Positions 25,866-39,629 of a stretch of DNA of 64,000 nucleotides are shown here, in pieces (position 1 is the first letter of the stretch; each line of letters begins with the position of its first letter). The stretch lies in contig OX597832.1 in assembly GCA_951406725.2 (NCBI GenBank), forward strand, positions 60,140,001-60,204,000. Direction: 5' to 3'. The DNA comes from Octopus vulgaris. Lineage: Eukaryota. Both the position numbers and the translations under genes were made by a program. Under the pieces are notes generated by a model, which had not been told where the DNA came from, did not search any database, and worked only from the letters and a program-made list of their open reading frames with translations.

Positions 25866-26572
25866 GAAGCATCTATTATATATATATTAGTTTGGTTTAG
25901 GTGAGATATTTAATTTTTTTTCCCTAGAGAAAATAAAATATAAAATTAATACCCAAAGGAAACAAACATTTTCAACAAAAACAACAAAGCATCTATTTAA
26001 CAACAACCTCAACAATACATAATTAATAAACGAAAACGTTTGAAATTTTGTAAACATTTAGCTGGTATTTCTATTTCTGATAATTTCCGGTCGATACCGG
26101 AAGCTGGTGTTGTATATTCGGCAGCCATATTACATTTGCACAACGAAATGCATTTTCCTTTTGCAAGCATCATTCTTTGTTTTCCGTTGTTGTTGTTGCT
26201 GCTGGTGCTGATGCTATTGTTGTTGTTGCTGCGGTTGTTGTTCTTGTTGTTGTGTTGTTGTTGCTGCTGCTGCTGTTGTTACTGCTGCTGCCACTGGTGT
26301 TGCATTTACATAGCTATTGCAGCTGAAGTAAACAAGATTAGCGATTTCAGAAATGGTTGAATAAGTTGGAGGCGATAAAGAGCCCAAGAGAGTTGAAATA
26401 TCTGGCAACTTTTTGGTGTAGCTGGCACCGCCGTTTACTGCCGTATGGAGAATATTCACTTTGAACGAATGAGAGAAGAATATAGCCAGTTACTATGCTA
26501 ACTATTCGAACAAACAATGATACACACTTTCTTCCTTTCCAATCTTTCTCTTTACACACACACATGCATACA

Positions 26573-26798
<226 letters not shown>

Positions 26799-27054
26799 AA
26801 AAACTTTTAAACTATTTCTATATGAATGTATATACTTATATATATTTATATATATATATATATAAAATATATATAAAAATACGTACCGGGACAAGAACTC
26901 AAAACACTCAGAGACGACACAATGTATGTATATGAATGTATATGTATATGACTGTATATATATATACAGAAAGAGAGAGATGCAAATGAATCTATACATA
27001 CACAGATACATACACAGACACATACACACACATACCTATATATACGTATATCCT

Positions 27055-27090
<36 letters not shown>

Positions 27091-27792
27091 GGCTGTTCTT
27101 TGTTTCTTAATTCATTCACTAGATTGCGCCCATGCTGGAGTGCACACGCATGATATCGTATTAATGACAATGTCGACCTCATTATGTAATTTCTTGTTGT
27201 GGGAAAATATAGATTCATACATATGTATGCGTGTGGGTGGCTGGGTGTGTTAATAAATAACAGAAAAAAAAGTGTTTCGAAATCGCCTTCATTAAATTAC
27301 AGCCGTTTCGACTATAATGAGCTGTGGATGCAAAGCTGAGTGCCAATGTGACACCCTAAAGCTCCCTCTTTGGTTTATATTGACGAAGAAAGTTTTTAAG
27401 TGTACAATTGTGCAACTGTTTTAACATTTCATGTAAAGGCTCCGTCAAAGTTAAAGGATATGACACAGGCATTCATTTCCGGATAGACAGTGCTTTATAA
27501 CCGAAACAGCTGTAACGTAATGACGGCAATTAACTTCTCATCGATTGTCACTCAATAATATATATATATATATGTGTGTGAGAGTGAGTTGAGTGTGTGT
27601 AGGTATCGAAAGATGTGTATATGAATAATAGGTAAACACGTGTATGTTCTTGTATATTATAGACAGAAATAGATAAATCTATATATAAGTATGTACATAC
27701 ATACGCGCCTATTCAGTTATTATGTATGTGTGCCTATATATATATGTGTGTGTGTGTGTATGTGCGCGCGCGTGCTTTCAGAATACTTAGAT

Positions 27793-28486
27793 CGATAGAT
27801 AGATTTCTTTATTGGCCACGTAGGGTTGAACACAGAAGGGACAAAATACAAAGTAGATCTTTTCGTTTGGGGAAGAAGAGAAGGAAAAAAGTCTAATTCC
27901 GATCAAAAGGGATCGTGAGAAATAATAAAAGTGGGGCCGATCAATAGGGATCGTGTATCAGAGAAATGTCAATGTAAAAAGGGAAAACAGATTAGGCATG
28001 TCCATGGATAGAAAAGCCTAAGGAAAAGACCACATGAACCTTGGGCAATAGTGTCATGCAAAAAGAAAACACGTAACAGTAAGTGGCTCTCTTTTATCCT
28101 TTCGTTTCTCCTTTCTTTTTTAGTTCATAGGATTATGCTCAAGCTGGCTCCGTCATTCACACGTGCCGTCCTTGCTACATTCACCCATCTTTTTTTGAAA
28201 CAGTCACTGGACAAAATTTCCCTCTCTACACTCACCTTTGTCCTCGAGTGTTACTTGAAGAAGTTGATGAGAGATTGACAAGAGAAGAAAGTGTTTGTCT
28301 GTAGACATTTCAGACGCGTCCACCATACACATTCTTTCGCCATAGCCGCAAGTACGATGAAAATGGCTCCTCCTTCCCATTTCAAGGAACGAGGCGCGAC
28401 AATATTCACGATAGACTCGGTTGATAAACTGACTCGTCCCACACGCGATAGTAGTCGTTCGACATAGGCCCACAGGTCGGAAATGG

Positions 28487-28487
<1 letters not shown>
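27793..28487 (-). mobile_element. Tx1/L1-like LINE 3' end, 5'-truncated, in (GATA)n
   Basis: Homologous to 63300-64000 (GRVSLSTESIVNIV...AMAKECVWWTRLK...SLINFFK); tail gtggccaataaagaaatctatc; GATA repeats on both sides. Confidence 0.8.
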
Positions 28488-28573
<86 letters not shown>

Positions 28574-28746
28574 GTAGGTAGGTAGGTAGGTAGGTAGGTA
28601 GGTAGGTAGGTAGGTAGGTATGTAGGTAGGTAGGTAGTAGGTAGGTAGGTAGGTAGGTAGGTAGGTAGGTAGGTAGGTAGGTAGGCAGGCAGGTAGGTAG
28701 GTAGGTAGGTAGGTAGGTAGGTAGAAAGAAAGAAAGAAAGAAAGGA

Positions 28747-28778
<32 letters not shown>

Positions 28779-28870
28779 GATGGAGAGAAAGAAAGAAAGA
28801 AAGAAAAAGAAAGAAAGAAAGAGAGAAAGAAAGAAAGAAAGAAAGAAAGAGAGAAAGAAAGAAAGATAGA
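28488..28870. repeat. Compound (GATA)n-(GGTA)n-(GAAA)n microsatellite
   Basis: Direct reading. Confidence 0.95.
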
Positions 28871-29606
28871 GAAACAGGAAGGCAAGCAGCTAGAGATAGA
28901 GAATTAGATTGTATATATGGGTGTATATATATATGTCTACAGATGAGTGTGCGTTTTGAAGAAATCTTATCAACGTTATATATTTTCGCTTAAACTTTTG
29001 CGTTTATTTCTAAACATTTTTTTATAAACTCAATTCTTTATTCTTTAATTCTTTTTGTTTCGCTCTTTTTTCTTTTCTTTTTTTTCTCTATATTTTAATA
29101 AATCTTTCCGACATCACTAGACGATACAATGATCTTATTCATGTTATATCTTATGTGTATATCTTTCCTTGTCGTTATATTTTTAATTCGGTTTCTTTTT
29201 ATTTCAGATATTGTGCATATTTTTCAAAATATCAAATTAAATGAAAGAATGCAGAATATTAAGAAAACAAAAATAATAACAGAAGCATGAAATAAAGAAC
29301 AGTAACAATAAGATGATGAATAAATTTGTAACCGTCAGAGAGAATGGCTATACGATGTATATACGTGTGTCGCGCACGCGTGTGTGTATGTGTGTGTGTG
29401 TGTGAGGGTATGTATCTGAGTTTGTTGTGTATGTGTAAGTTAATATATGTGGGTGTGTTTATGTTTATATGTATATGTTTGCGTCTGTATACATGTATAT
29501 GTATACACGTATATATACGTATGCATACGCGTGTACATGTGTGTGTATGTATGTGTGCATACATGTGTATATGTACGTATACGTCTGTCTATAATATGTA
29601 TGTGTA

Positions 29607-29645
<39 letters not shown>

Positions 29646-30123
29646 CTACCTACATACATATATACATACATGCATATATAGACATATATATATATACATA
29701 TATACAAACATACACATATACACATATATATATATACATGCATACAGACACTAATATATTTATACAAAAGCTACATACATATGCATGAGCTTGTAACTAT
29801 ATACATGTGGGTATATATATATGTGTGTGTGTGTATGTATGTATATACGTATATATAAAATATATATTATATATATGTATATATAATACGTGTATATATA
29901 CATTCATATACACATATATATGCATGAATGTACATACGTAGGTTTGTATTTATGTATGTATGTATGTGTATGCGTGTGTTTATGTGTATGTATGAAGGTA
30001 GGTCGGTAGGTATGTATATACACATATATATTAATTTTTTAGAAATGTCATGTTTTTATTTTGTTGAAGTTCCACATATTACTACCTTATGAATCTCTCT
30101 TAAAAGTACTACCTACCAACCTA

Positions 30124-30310
30124 CGAGGGAATGTTGAAAATCTATTAGTTTTAATGGTATCGCAAAACTCTGGAGGCCCAAACTTCAGAGTTTCTTTTAC
30201 AGGGCATAGAAAAGCCGAAGGACCGCTGCAATAAGTGCAGGAATCTCAAAGGGAAATATTTTGAATAAAATTTACTGGTCTTCCTGTATTTTCTTTTCAG
30301 CACATCCCCA
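30124..30310 (+). mobile_element. Miniature mariner derivative
   Basis: TA|cgagggaatgttgaaaa ... ttttcagcacatcccca|TA; retains a transposase C-terminus-like FLLQGIEKPKDRCNKCRNLKGKYFE*. Confidence 0.7.
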
Positions 30311-30372
<62 letters not shown>

Positions 30373-30373
<1 letters not shown>

Positions 30374-30630
30374 TGATCTATTTCTTTTCCTCTTCCCCTT
30401 TTCCCCCCCTTTTTCTTCTTTCTTCATTTCTCTTTTCTTTTGTCCCTTTTCCTTTTTTTTATTTTTTCTTCTTTTTTCCCTTTTACGATCCCTTTTGATC
30501 AAAAACCTACGCTACCTTTTTTTGTTTCTTTTGTTTTTTGTTTTTTGTTTTTTTCATGCCCCAAAAGAAAAGCTCTACCTTGTAACTTGTCCCATCTGTG
30601 TGCAGCCCTGTGTGGCCAATAAAGAAACTT
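30373..30630 (+). mobile_element. Tx1/L1-like LINE 3' UTR in (TATC)n
   Basis: cccaaaagaaaagctctaccttgtaacttgtcccatctgtgtgcagccctgtgtggccaataaagaaac matches the reverse complement of 63300-63368; (TATC)n on both flanks. Confidence 0.85.
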
Positions 30631-30711
30631 ATCTATCTATCTATCTATCTACCCAATTATCCATCCCTCTATCTATTTATCTATCTATATATCTATCTCT
30701 CTGCCTGTCTG

Positions 30712-30782
<71 letters not shown>

Positions 30783-31189
30783 GTGAAGCCACCTAAGTGT
30801 CTATCCTTCTGACAGTCTATCTATCAACCCGACTTCCGGGAAATGGCGCTGATAGCTAAACCTAAGATAGATGTATCATTCAATTATTGTTCATAAGAAA
30901 TATCTCACTTAATTTTTTAACTCGTGCATGTTCTGAGGCTGACCGCTCAACATGTGATACGTTCCTATATTGAATTTTTTAGTAGTTATAACCTATTCTG
31001 CTCTGCTAGTGTTAAAGTATGAGCCACCGATCTGTAATACAGGCGGGTGATTGAGACGATCAAAAAGTTACGTTAAATTTTTGTAAAAGTTTATATTTAA
31101 GAGAAAATAGAAGTGTCTATCGAAGACTATCTTCATTACATTTTCTGACTGGATGCCAAAATGTGACCAATTAAGAATATGGATATTAT

Positions 31190-31360
31190 CCAACCATTTC
31201 ATTTGTGGTCTAGCTTTGGATCTCCTACCAGTGACTTGTCTTGCGATTCTTCCCAGCAGAGTTCTAGTCACAAGTTCTCAAGGCAAACAAGTAACGGCTC
31301 AGTCTGGTGACGTTGCCTGATTCCCAGTCTATATATTCTGTCGTGTAACGTCACTCCAGA
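31190..31360 (-). mobile_element. RTE-like LINE C-terminal remnant
   Basis: VTGRRSKARPQMKWLDNI resembles the RTE G.R.RGRP...W.D.I motif. Confidence 0.5.
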
Positions 31361-31384
31361 GATGATGATGATGGTGACGATGAT

Positions 31385-31695
<311 letters not shown>

Positions 31696-32646
31696 AAGAA
31701 GAAGAAGAAGAAGAAAAAAGAAGGGGTGGAGCAGGTGGAGGAGGAGAGGAGCAGGAGGAACAAGAACAGGAGCAGGAGCAGGAGGAACAGGAGCAGGAGC
31801 AGGAGTAGGAGGAGGTCCAATTCTTGACTATTACTTTATTTATTGACCCTAAAAGGAAGAAAATCGCAGTCGGATTTGAACTCGAGTTGCTGATAGCCGG
31901 AACTTATATCACAAAGCTTTCTCTCTGATGTAGTAACGCCTGCGAGTTCGCTGCCTTGGATGTGGGGCGAACCATTATTAAGATCATTAGGCAATGCTTC
32001 CTGCGTCTGGAACAGAAATGGGACGATCTGGTGCAGCTGCTTGGGCATTCATCATTTGATGATAGTACTTTTTTGCCACTGGAGGCAGTCAGACACACAC
32101 ACACACATGTACGCACACGCGCACACAAATATACACATACAAATAGAAGTGAATGAGAGTGTTAGAGAGAGGGGAGAGTGATGGTGAGAGAGAAACATTA
32201 CATTTTAGCATGACTGACATAAGACTTTCCCTCTCTTCGTACATATAATGTAAAAAATATTCACACGAGCATAGACAGATAGACAAACAAATAAATGGAA
32301 AGGGGAAGGAGAGAACGGGAGAAAAAGTAAAATTTTTGATGTCAAAGAAGTCAGCGTCGAATCAGAGACGCCAAATAAGTGGCGCCAAAACAGCTGTGCC
32401 AAAACGTTTTACTCATCTGTGAGGCAAGTTGACTTGGAGCCAAGTTGTTTCTTCATTACTTAGTTATCGTCTGTTTTCGCTTGCTTCTTCATCATTAAGT
32501 TATCGTCTGTTATCACTAAACCCAGTTGAGATAAGTTCCTTTTCTCTAAACCCGGCGTTAAGTTCCTTAAAGTTCCTTAAAAATCGTCAACTTGCGCTTA
32601 AAAAGCTACTCTTATTTTCATTAAATATTATTGCTTTACTAAACTC

Positions 32647-33035
32647 CTGTGGAGGCGCAATGGCACAGTGGTTAGGGCAGCGGACTCGCGATCGTAGGAT
32701 CGCGGTTTCGATTCCCAGACCGGGTATTGTGAGTGTTTATTGAGTGAAAACACTTAGAGTCCTACAAGGCTCTGACAGTGGGTGGTGGTGAACCCTGCTG
32801 CACTCTTTCACCACAAATTTCTCTCATTCTTTCTTCCTGTTTCTGTTGTACCTGTATTTCAAAGGGCCAGTCTTGTCACACTCTGTGTCACGCTAAATCT
32901 CCCCGAGAACTACGTTAAGGATACATGTGTCTGTGAAAAGCTCAGCCAATTGCACGTTAATTTCACGAGCAGGCTGTTCCGTTGATCGGATCAACTGGAA
33001 CCCTCATCGTCGTAACCGACGGAGTGCCACGATAG
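32647..33035 (+). mobile_element. SINE family C, full length with 9-bp TSD
   Basis: tRNA-like head ggcgcaatggcacagtggttagggcagcggactcgcgatcg...ggtttcgattccc; TSD actaaactc at 32638-32646 and 33036-33044. Confidence 0.88.
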
Positions 33036-33838
33036 ACTAAACTCATATTCGCTCTACAGTCAAGCAGATATGCTTGTAAGGAGAATTGTATAAAGACTGG
33101 TTTTTCGATAAAATATGAAGAATTAACCTCATTAATATTGAGGTATTTAGTTTATATTTTTCACCTTTTGTATTTTATTTCAATATTTTGTCTCGATATT
33201 AACTAATCGGCAGATATTAAATAATCGATAGATACCGCATAATCAATATTTAATTTGATTTTAAAGACGTATAAAGTCTGTCTATATTTTTCCCCTACTC
33301 GTGGCTGTTAATATTATAGTGTTAATTTACGGCTGCGACTATATATGATAAATATTAATTTGTATTCAAGCATACACCTTAGGTTGAGATATTTAATAAA
33401 TTGTTTTTTAAAAAATAATAATAACGAGCATTTCAAGATCAAAAACATAACGGCCATTATGTCTTTATTAACATATATATGTATTGTATTACATTAATTA
33501 ATATACTTTAATATACGTATTGTATGTTTAAAAATCAATATTTTTTTATTATTTTGACCAGTTGTATCTTCTACCACTTTCATGCAGCACCGAGTCTGAT
33601 TTGATTAATAAAATCTTCGCTGTTCATGGTCTTCAACCAAATTCTTTGATTCTGTTGTATGGTAAAATATTGAAGTGAATGTTGTTTTGAACTGACAGCT
33701 CAAAGGGCATACGTTCAAATTTCTAACTGATATTTCGTTGGGTGTGTATTAGAAAATTGCCATTCTCTCAGCCGGTTACAAGTTTATTCGTCATCTTATT
33801 GTTACTGTTATTTATTTTATGTTTCCTTTTATCATTTT

Positions 33839-34050
33839 CAGCGTGGAAGGTGTTTATAAGCTATTTAAAACACACACAAAAATCGTTAGATTCACTTCAA
33901 CATTTAAATTTAATTTGCCAAAATATTTTCGTCTGTGAACAAGTCGCGGTCTCAAAGCGACGAAAATATTTTGGCAAATTAAATTTAAATGTTGAAGTGA
34001 ATCTAACGATTTTTGTGTTTTTAAATGGCTTATAAACACCTTCCACGCTG
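33839..34050 (+). mobile_element. Foldback element (~93-bp arms) with G3-C8 HHR-like centre
   Basis: Arms 33839-33933 / 33959-34050; centre gtct-GTGAACA-A-GTCGC-ggtctcaaa-GCGAC-GAAA-ATAT-TT-tggc. Confidence 0.7.
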
Positions 34051-35758
34051 CAATTGTTTTTGTTCTAGCACACGATCTCAGATCATGTCACTTGCTGTGC
34101 AAGTGCATCTCCATTATCATTTTCGTTTTCTTTATATTCTGTTTTCTTTCATTTAATTTGATATTTTGAAAACTATGCGGAATATTTGAACTTGAAAGAA
34201 AACGAATTAAAAATATAACGACTATGTAAGATATACATACGATATACACTTTTATATTTTTCTTAGTTCATCCACTAAATTCATTTGCGAATGTTATCCG
34301 TCTCTGTTTAACATACTTTTCTGGAAATAAACTTCTTCCCATCTATTTAATACAATAAAACTGGAATTAAGTTCTTTAACTTAGGAAACCGTTTTCTGAT
34401 AGAGATTTGATTAAACACCACCATCACAGCATTGTTTTCGCATCCAAATAAAAGAGTCCTTCTTTTGCGGGGCTGTTTTAATTGGACATGATACTCGCCG
34501 TTATCTTCTATCCAGGGTCAGAGTTATTTCACGTCTTGTAGCACAGGCATGGACAAAATGCTTCAGAATTTTAATTCGCGATAATAAAGCAGTCTGTCAT
34601 TTTGGGTAAATGCTTTCTAAAATAAATTCAGAATCATCCTCGAGTCTTGCGAGTGAAAATTATTTGACAGAAACTGTGTTGAAGCCCATCAGGTAGATTG
34701 GACATGTAATTCAAAAGGCTCAGTTTTGTGATATATAAAATCACGCTAATTCTATCTCAGAATGTTTCCTTTTTAATTAGTAATGAAACAGAAATATGAG
34801 AAATTATTCCAAATCAAAATAATATAAAAATTTCTGGGAGTCCAAAAAGAATTTGACCTTCTTTTCCTCGACTGTAAAAAAAAAAGGGTGTTGTTTAAGT
34901 TATCGTCTGTTAAATGTATTGTAATAACATCTGCTAAAAATAATAGAGATAGGAGTAAGAGAATCGAAGTAATTCTTATTAGAGATCATGCAAATGGAGC
35001 CAAATGATAAGAAATATGTCTACGGAATACACAACCACTTTAACGTAAATTTAACGAATTGTTATATTAACTTGTTCACTAGACCCAATAACGAAAGACT
35101 CATCGTCGAAACCGACGGAGAACCCATCAAATTTCACATCTGTTTATGACTTCTGAGACATCCACTGTAAAAGAACCAACGGCCATTTGGAATCTTCCAG
35201 AGAAAAGAGGAAGGAGAAAAAAAACATTTAAAAAAAACAAACTAAAGGATTAGCGCATCTTGACAAGAGACAAACTGCAGTACTTGCTGACAGAACACAA
35301 ACCGCAGCAAGTCATTTAATACGAACCTGTGACCCTTCAGTTAATAGGCTGACCCTCTTAGCAACTCGACCAGCTGCGACGCTGCTTTCCATGTCATATA
35401 GAAAGAATATTCAAAACAATGGTAATTACGTGTCGTACAAGAGTTTTATATCGTAGTTCTTCAAGGTATAGCGTTGTTCTCTATGACAAACTTATATGGC
35501 TGCCTTGACTGTTTGATGACGGACATTTTTATTCCTTTTGTTTTTTAGCATATATCTTTTATACAATCTATTGATATGTAAGGTTGCGTATACATATGTC
35601 TGTGTGTGTGTGTGTATGTGTGTATGTATACATATGTAAAATGCATGCGTGTGTACGCACGCTCACGCGCACACATATGCATGCGCACATACACACACAC
35701 ATATGTACTTGTCAATGTTGATGTGTGCATATGGGGCGTTTCTTCTACAAAGTTGTTT

Positions 35759-35822
<64 letters not shown>

Positions 35823-36034
35823 TATATAAGTATATATATGCATGTGAATATATAGGTATATATATATATGAGTATATTTACACACACACATATATACATG
35901 TACGTATGAATATATTTATGTATATATGTATATGTGTATATATATATGTGTGTATATATATGTGTGTATATATATATACATATATATATGTATACATATA
36001 TATATGTATGTATATATATAAGTATATATATGTG

Positions 36035-36099
<65 letters not shown>

Positions 36100-36791
36100 T
36101 CCATCCAGGTACATTCATAGGTGCGTGTGTGTGTTTTTATTGTGATTTTTTATACAATTTTTTCCCATTTATTTTCCAATGTTTGTCTCATATTTTGTTG
36201 TCAGTTTATGCATGTTCGAATGGATGCGTCCATGCGTCCATATGTGTGAGTGCGCGTGTGTGAATGTATGTATGTATGTATGTATGCATGTATGTATGTA
36301 TGTATGTATGTATGTATGTATGTATGTATGTATGTATGCGCAGAGGATGTTGTTTGTTTGTTTTAGTTGAATTTTTCTTTGTTTGTTTTCTAAATCTACC
36401 CCGGGGGCATTGCTGTAGAAAAGTGAGGGATAAAAAATAATTGAAAGCGTCAGATGGTTTAGAACTTGAAGTATAACGTTGTTGTCATCGTCGTAATCAT
36501 CGTCGTCACCATCATCCTCATTATCATTGCCAGCATCGTCGTTGTCGCCGCTGTCATCATCATCATCAACAGCAACATCATCATCATCATCATCATTTTT
36601 TTCATCGACAACAGCAGCAATAGTGATAATAACAATATAAATATGTAAATGAATGAGAGAGAAAGAGAGACAGAGAAAGACTGAGAGAGAGAGAGAGAGA
36701 AGGGGAGAGGCTGAACAATGAGAAGGTAAGAGGAGTAAAAAAACAGAAAAGAAATTGCGTAAGAACATTGATCTCTGAAGTGGACGGGTGA

Positions 36792-36826
<35 letters not shown>

Positions 36827-37223
36827 CGATGATGATGATGAATTGAAGAGGGGGAGGGGAAAGAAGGATGAGGAGGGGAAGAGGGGAGGATGAGAGGGAA
36901 TAGGTTGTGGAAGAGAATTGTGCTGGTTATAGTGGTGGTGGTTGTAGTGGTGGTGGTGGTGGTGGTGGTGATGGTGGTGACGGTGATGTTGATGATGATG
37001 ATGATGATGACGATGATGACGACTACGACGACAATGGAGTGAAGATAGTTGATGAAAATGAAGAGTAGGAGGAAACTGGTGGAAGTGGGGAGGAGGGGAG
37101 GAGGAAGAGAATAGTAGTGGTGGTGAGGATGAAGAGGAGATCGACGTCGACAACAGTAACGTGACGAAAGGTGGCGGCGGTGGCTGTGATGACAAAAATG
37201 ATAATTATCAATATTATCATAAT

Positions 37224-37385
37224 TTAAGGCGACGAGATGGCAGAATCGTTAGCACGCAGGGCTTAATGCTTAGCAGTATTTCGTCTGCCGCTACGATCTG
37301 AGTTCAAATTCCGTTGAGTCGTCGATAAATTAAGCACCACTTGTGTGCTGGGGTCGATCTAATCGACTGTCCCCCTCCTCGAAAT
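37224..37385 (+). mobile_element. SINE family A, deleted
   Basis: aaggcgacgagatggcagaatcgttagcacg...gagttcaaattcc. Confidence 0.75.
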
Positions 37386-37543
37386 TGCAAAGATAATCTG
37401 GAACTCGACTGAGAAAAGAAAACCCCGAATGACCCACCCTTGTTTCCTTTGTATCGTGTATCTGGATGTTTTGTTCTCCCTTTTTTGCATCACCTAACTG
37501 TCTGGATGTTTTGCGTTCTTGTCTTATTTTGTATTATGTGTAT

Positions 37544-37582
<39 letters not shown>

Positions 37583-37609
37583 AGGTTGAAAAGGAGCGCA
37601 TGAGTTGAT

Positions 37610-37786
37610 ATATATGGAAAAGAAAGTCAAGGTAGAAAATGCTGAAATAATTTTATAAAAACCATTTCACTACCGGTTTCGGTTATTGAGACATTTATAC
37701 AGTTGAAAAAGTCCCAATGACTGAAACCGGTACTGAAATGTTTTTTATAAAATTATTTTAGCATTTTCTATCCTGACTTGTTTTTC

Positions 37787-37790
<4 letters not shown>
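37610..37790 (+). mobile_element. Foldback element (~80-bp arms) with U3-A8 minimal HHR-like centre, in (TA)n
   Basis: CATTT-ata-CAG-TTGAAAA-AGTC-ccaat-GACT-GAAA-CCGG-TA^CTG-AAATG at 37692-37740; arms tagaaaatgctgaaataattttataaaaa / tttttataaaattattttagcattttcta. Confidence 0.75.
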
Positions 37791-37846
<56 letters not shown>

Positions 37847-37847
<1 letters not shown>

Positions 37848-38041
37848 TGTTTTACTATTTTACTGGTTTCAGTCATTTGACTGTGGCTATGCTGGAGCTC
37901 AGCTTTTTAGTCGAAGAAATTGACCCCTGAACTTATTATATCAGACTCCTCAGCCAAACTGCTAAGTTACGAAGAGGTAAACACACCAACATTGATTGTC
38001 AAGCGATGGTGGGGACAAACCCAGACACAAACACACACACA

Positions 38042-38075
<34 letters not shown>

Positions 38076-38195
38076 TACGACGGGCGTCTTTCAGTTTCCG
38101 TCTACCAAATCCACTCACAAGAAAACACTTACCCAAGGTGCCACGCAGTGGGACTGAACCCGGAACCATGTGGTTGGTAAGCAAGCTCCTTACCA
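37847..38195 (-). mobile_element. SINE family B
   Basis: gtttcagtcatttgactgtgg...ggtgccacgcagtgggactgaacccggaaccatgtggttgg. Confidence 0.8.
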
Positions 38196-38208
38196 TAATC
38201 AGGTGATC

Positions 38209-38510
38209 ACGTGATCGGCTAGACTATAGGGTGGTGTTATACATCCGCTGGTCCCAATGCGCTTCTGTATCGTTTTCGCATTCGAATGATGCCATCCCGT
38301 TGGCTAGGCGAGCAGACCAACGAACCTCCACGACCCCCGATCGGGCGGTTAGTCCACCGCAGTGTCACCCAGTTACGGACTAGTGGACTGGAGCAACATG
38401 AAATGAAGTGTTTTGCTAAAGAAAACACAACAGACCATTCGATCCGAGAATAGAACCCATGTACGTTATATTGTGGGTGTAACACTCTAACCACTAGACC
38501 ATGTGCCTTC
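38209..38510 (-). mobile_element. SINE family C variant (V-domain-like)
   Basis: Minus head aaggcacatggtctagtggttagag; ttgctccagtccac...ctgcggtggactaaccgcccg. Confidence 0.65.
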
Positions 38511-38575
38511 ACACACACACATATACATAAATATATGTATACTTACATATGTATGTCTATATATATCTATGTATG

Positions 38576-38658
<83 letters not shown>

Positions 38659-38947
38659 GTATATATGTATGCATGTATGCATGTATGTATATATGTATGT
38701 ATGTACGTACGTATATGTATGATGTATATAGATATATTTTATTATGTAATATATAAAACATGCTATACCATGATAATAGCGATTTCTTTTTTGCGCGTGT
38801 TTCTCAAGACAAAAAACCCACAGAATTAAAGAAGGGAGAAAAATAAATAAAAACAGCATTAAATCCGACACTCCTCCGCTCGCCTCACACCTATACCCAC
38901 TTTCTTTCCTTCTTACCAGAGAGAAAAAAAAAATAAATAAATGAATA

Positions 38948-39144
<197 letters not shown>

Positions 39145-39149
39145 GAATA

Positions 39150-39237
<88 letters not shown>

Positions 39238-39629
39238 GAATAAATAAATAAATAAATAAATAATGTGGTATGAAATATAATAAAGAAATTTCTTGGAGAA
39301 ATCTGACGGCAAAATGAAGTAGCTTGAGAGTTAAAGAGCCTAAAAATGGTTTCGTTTTAAAGAAAAACCAGCGTCGACGCAGAAACACAACAACAACAAC
39401 AACAATAAGAAGAAGAATACTAATGACAGCAACACCAACAATAACAACAACAACAATAACAACAACAATAACATCGACAACGACGACGACGACAATCTTA
39501 TGGCCGTCAACAAATTGAAGAAAAGCGAAGAAAATCTTGCCTTTGGAAAGAGAAGAGAAAGAGGAGACAATGAGATTGCAGCAGGCGATAAAATGGAAAG
39601 ACTTAGGAAGGATAAAAATATTGCATGGA

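Noticed and set aside
25057-25900. Gly/Asp/His-rich ORFs
   Set aside because: Trinucleotide SSR; open in several frames on both strands
32650-32725. tRNA gene
   Set aside because: tRNA-like SINE head; continues into the SINE body and has a TSD
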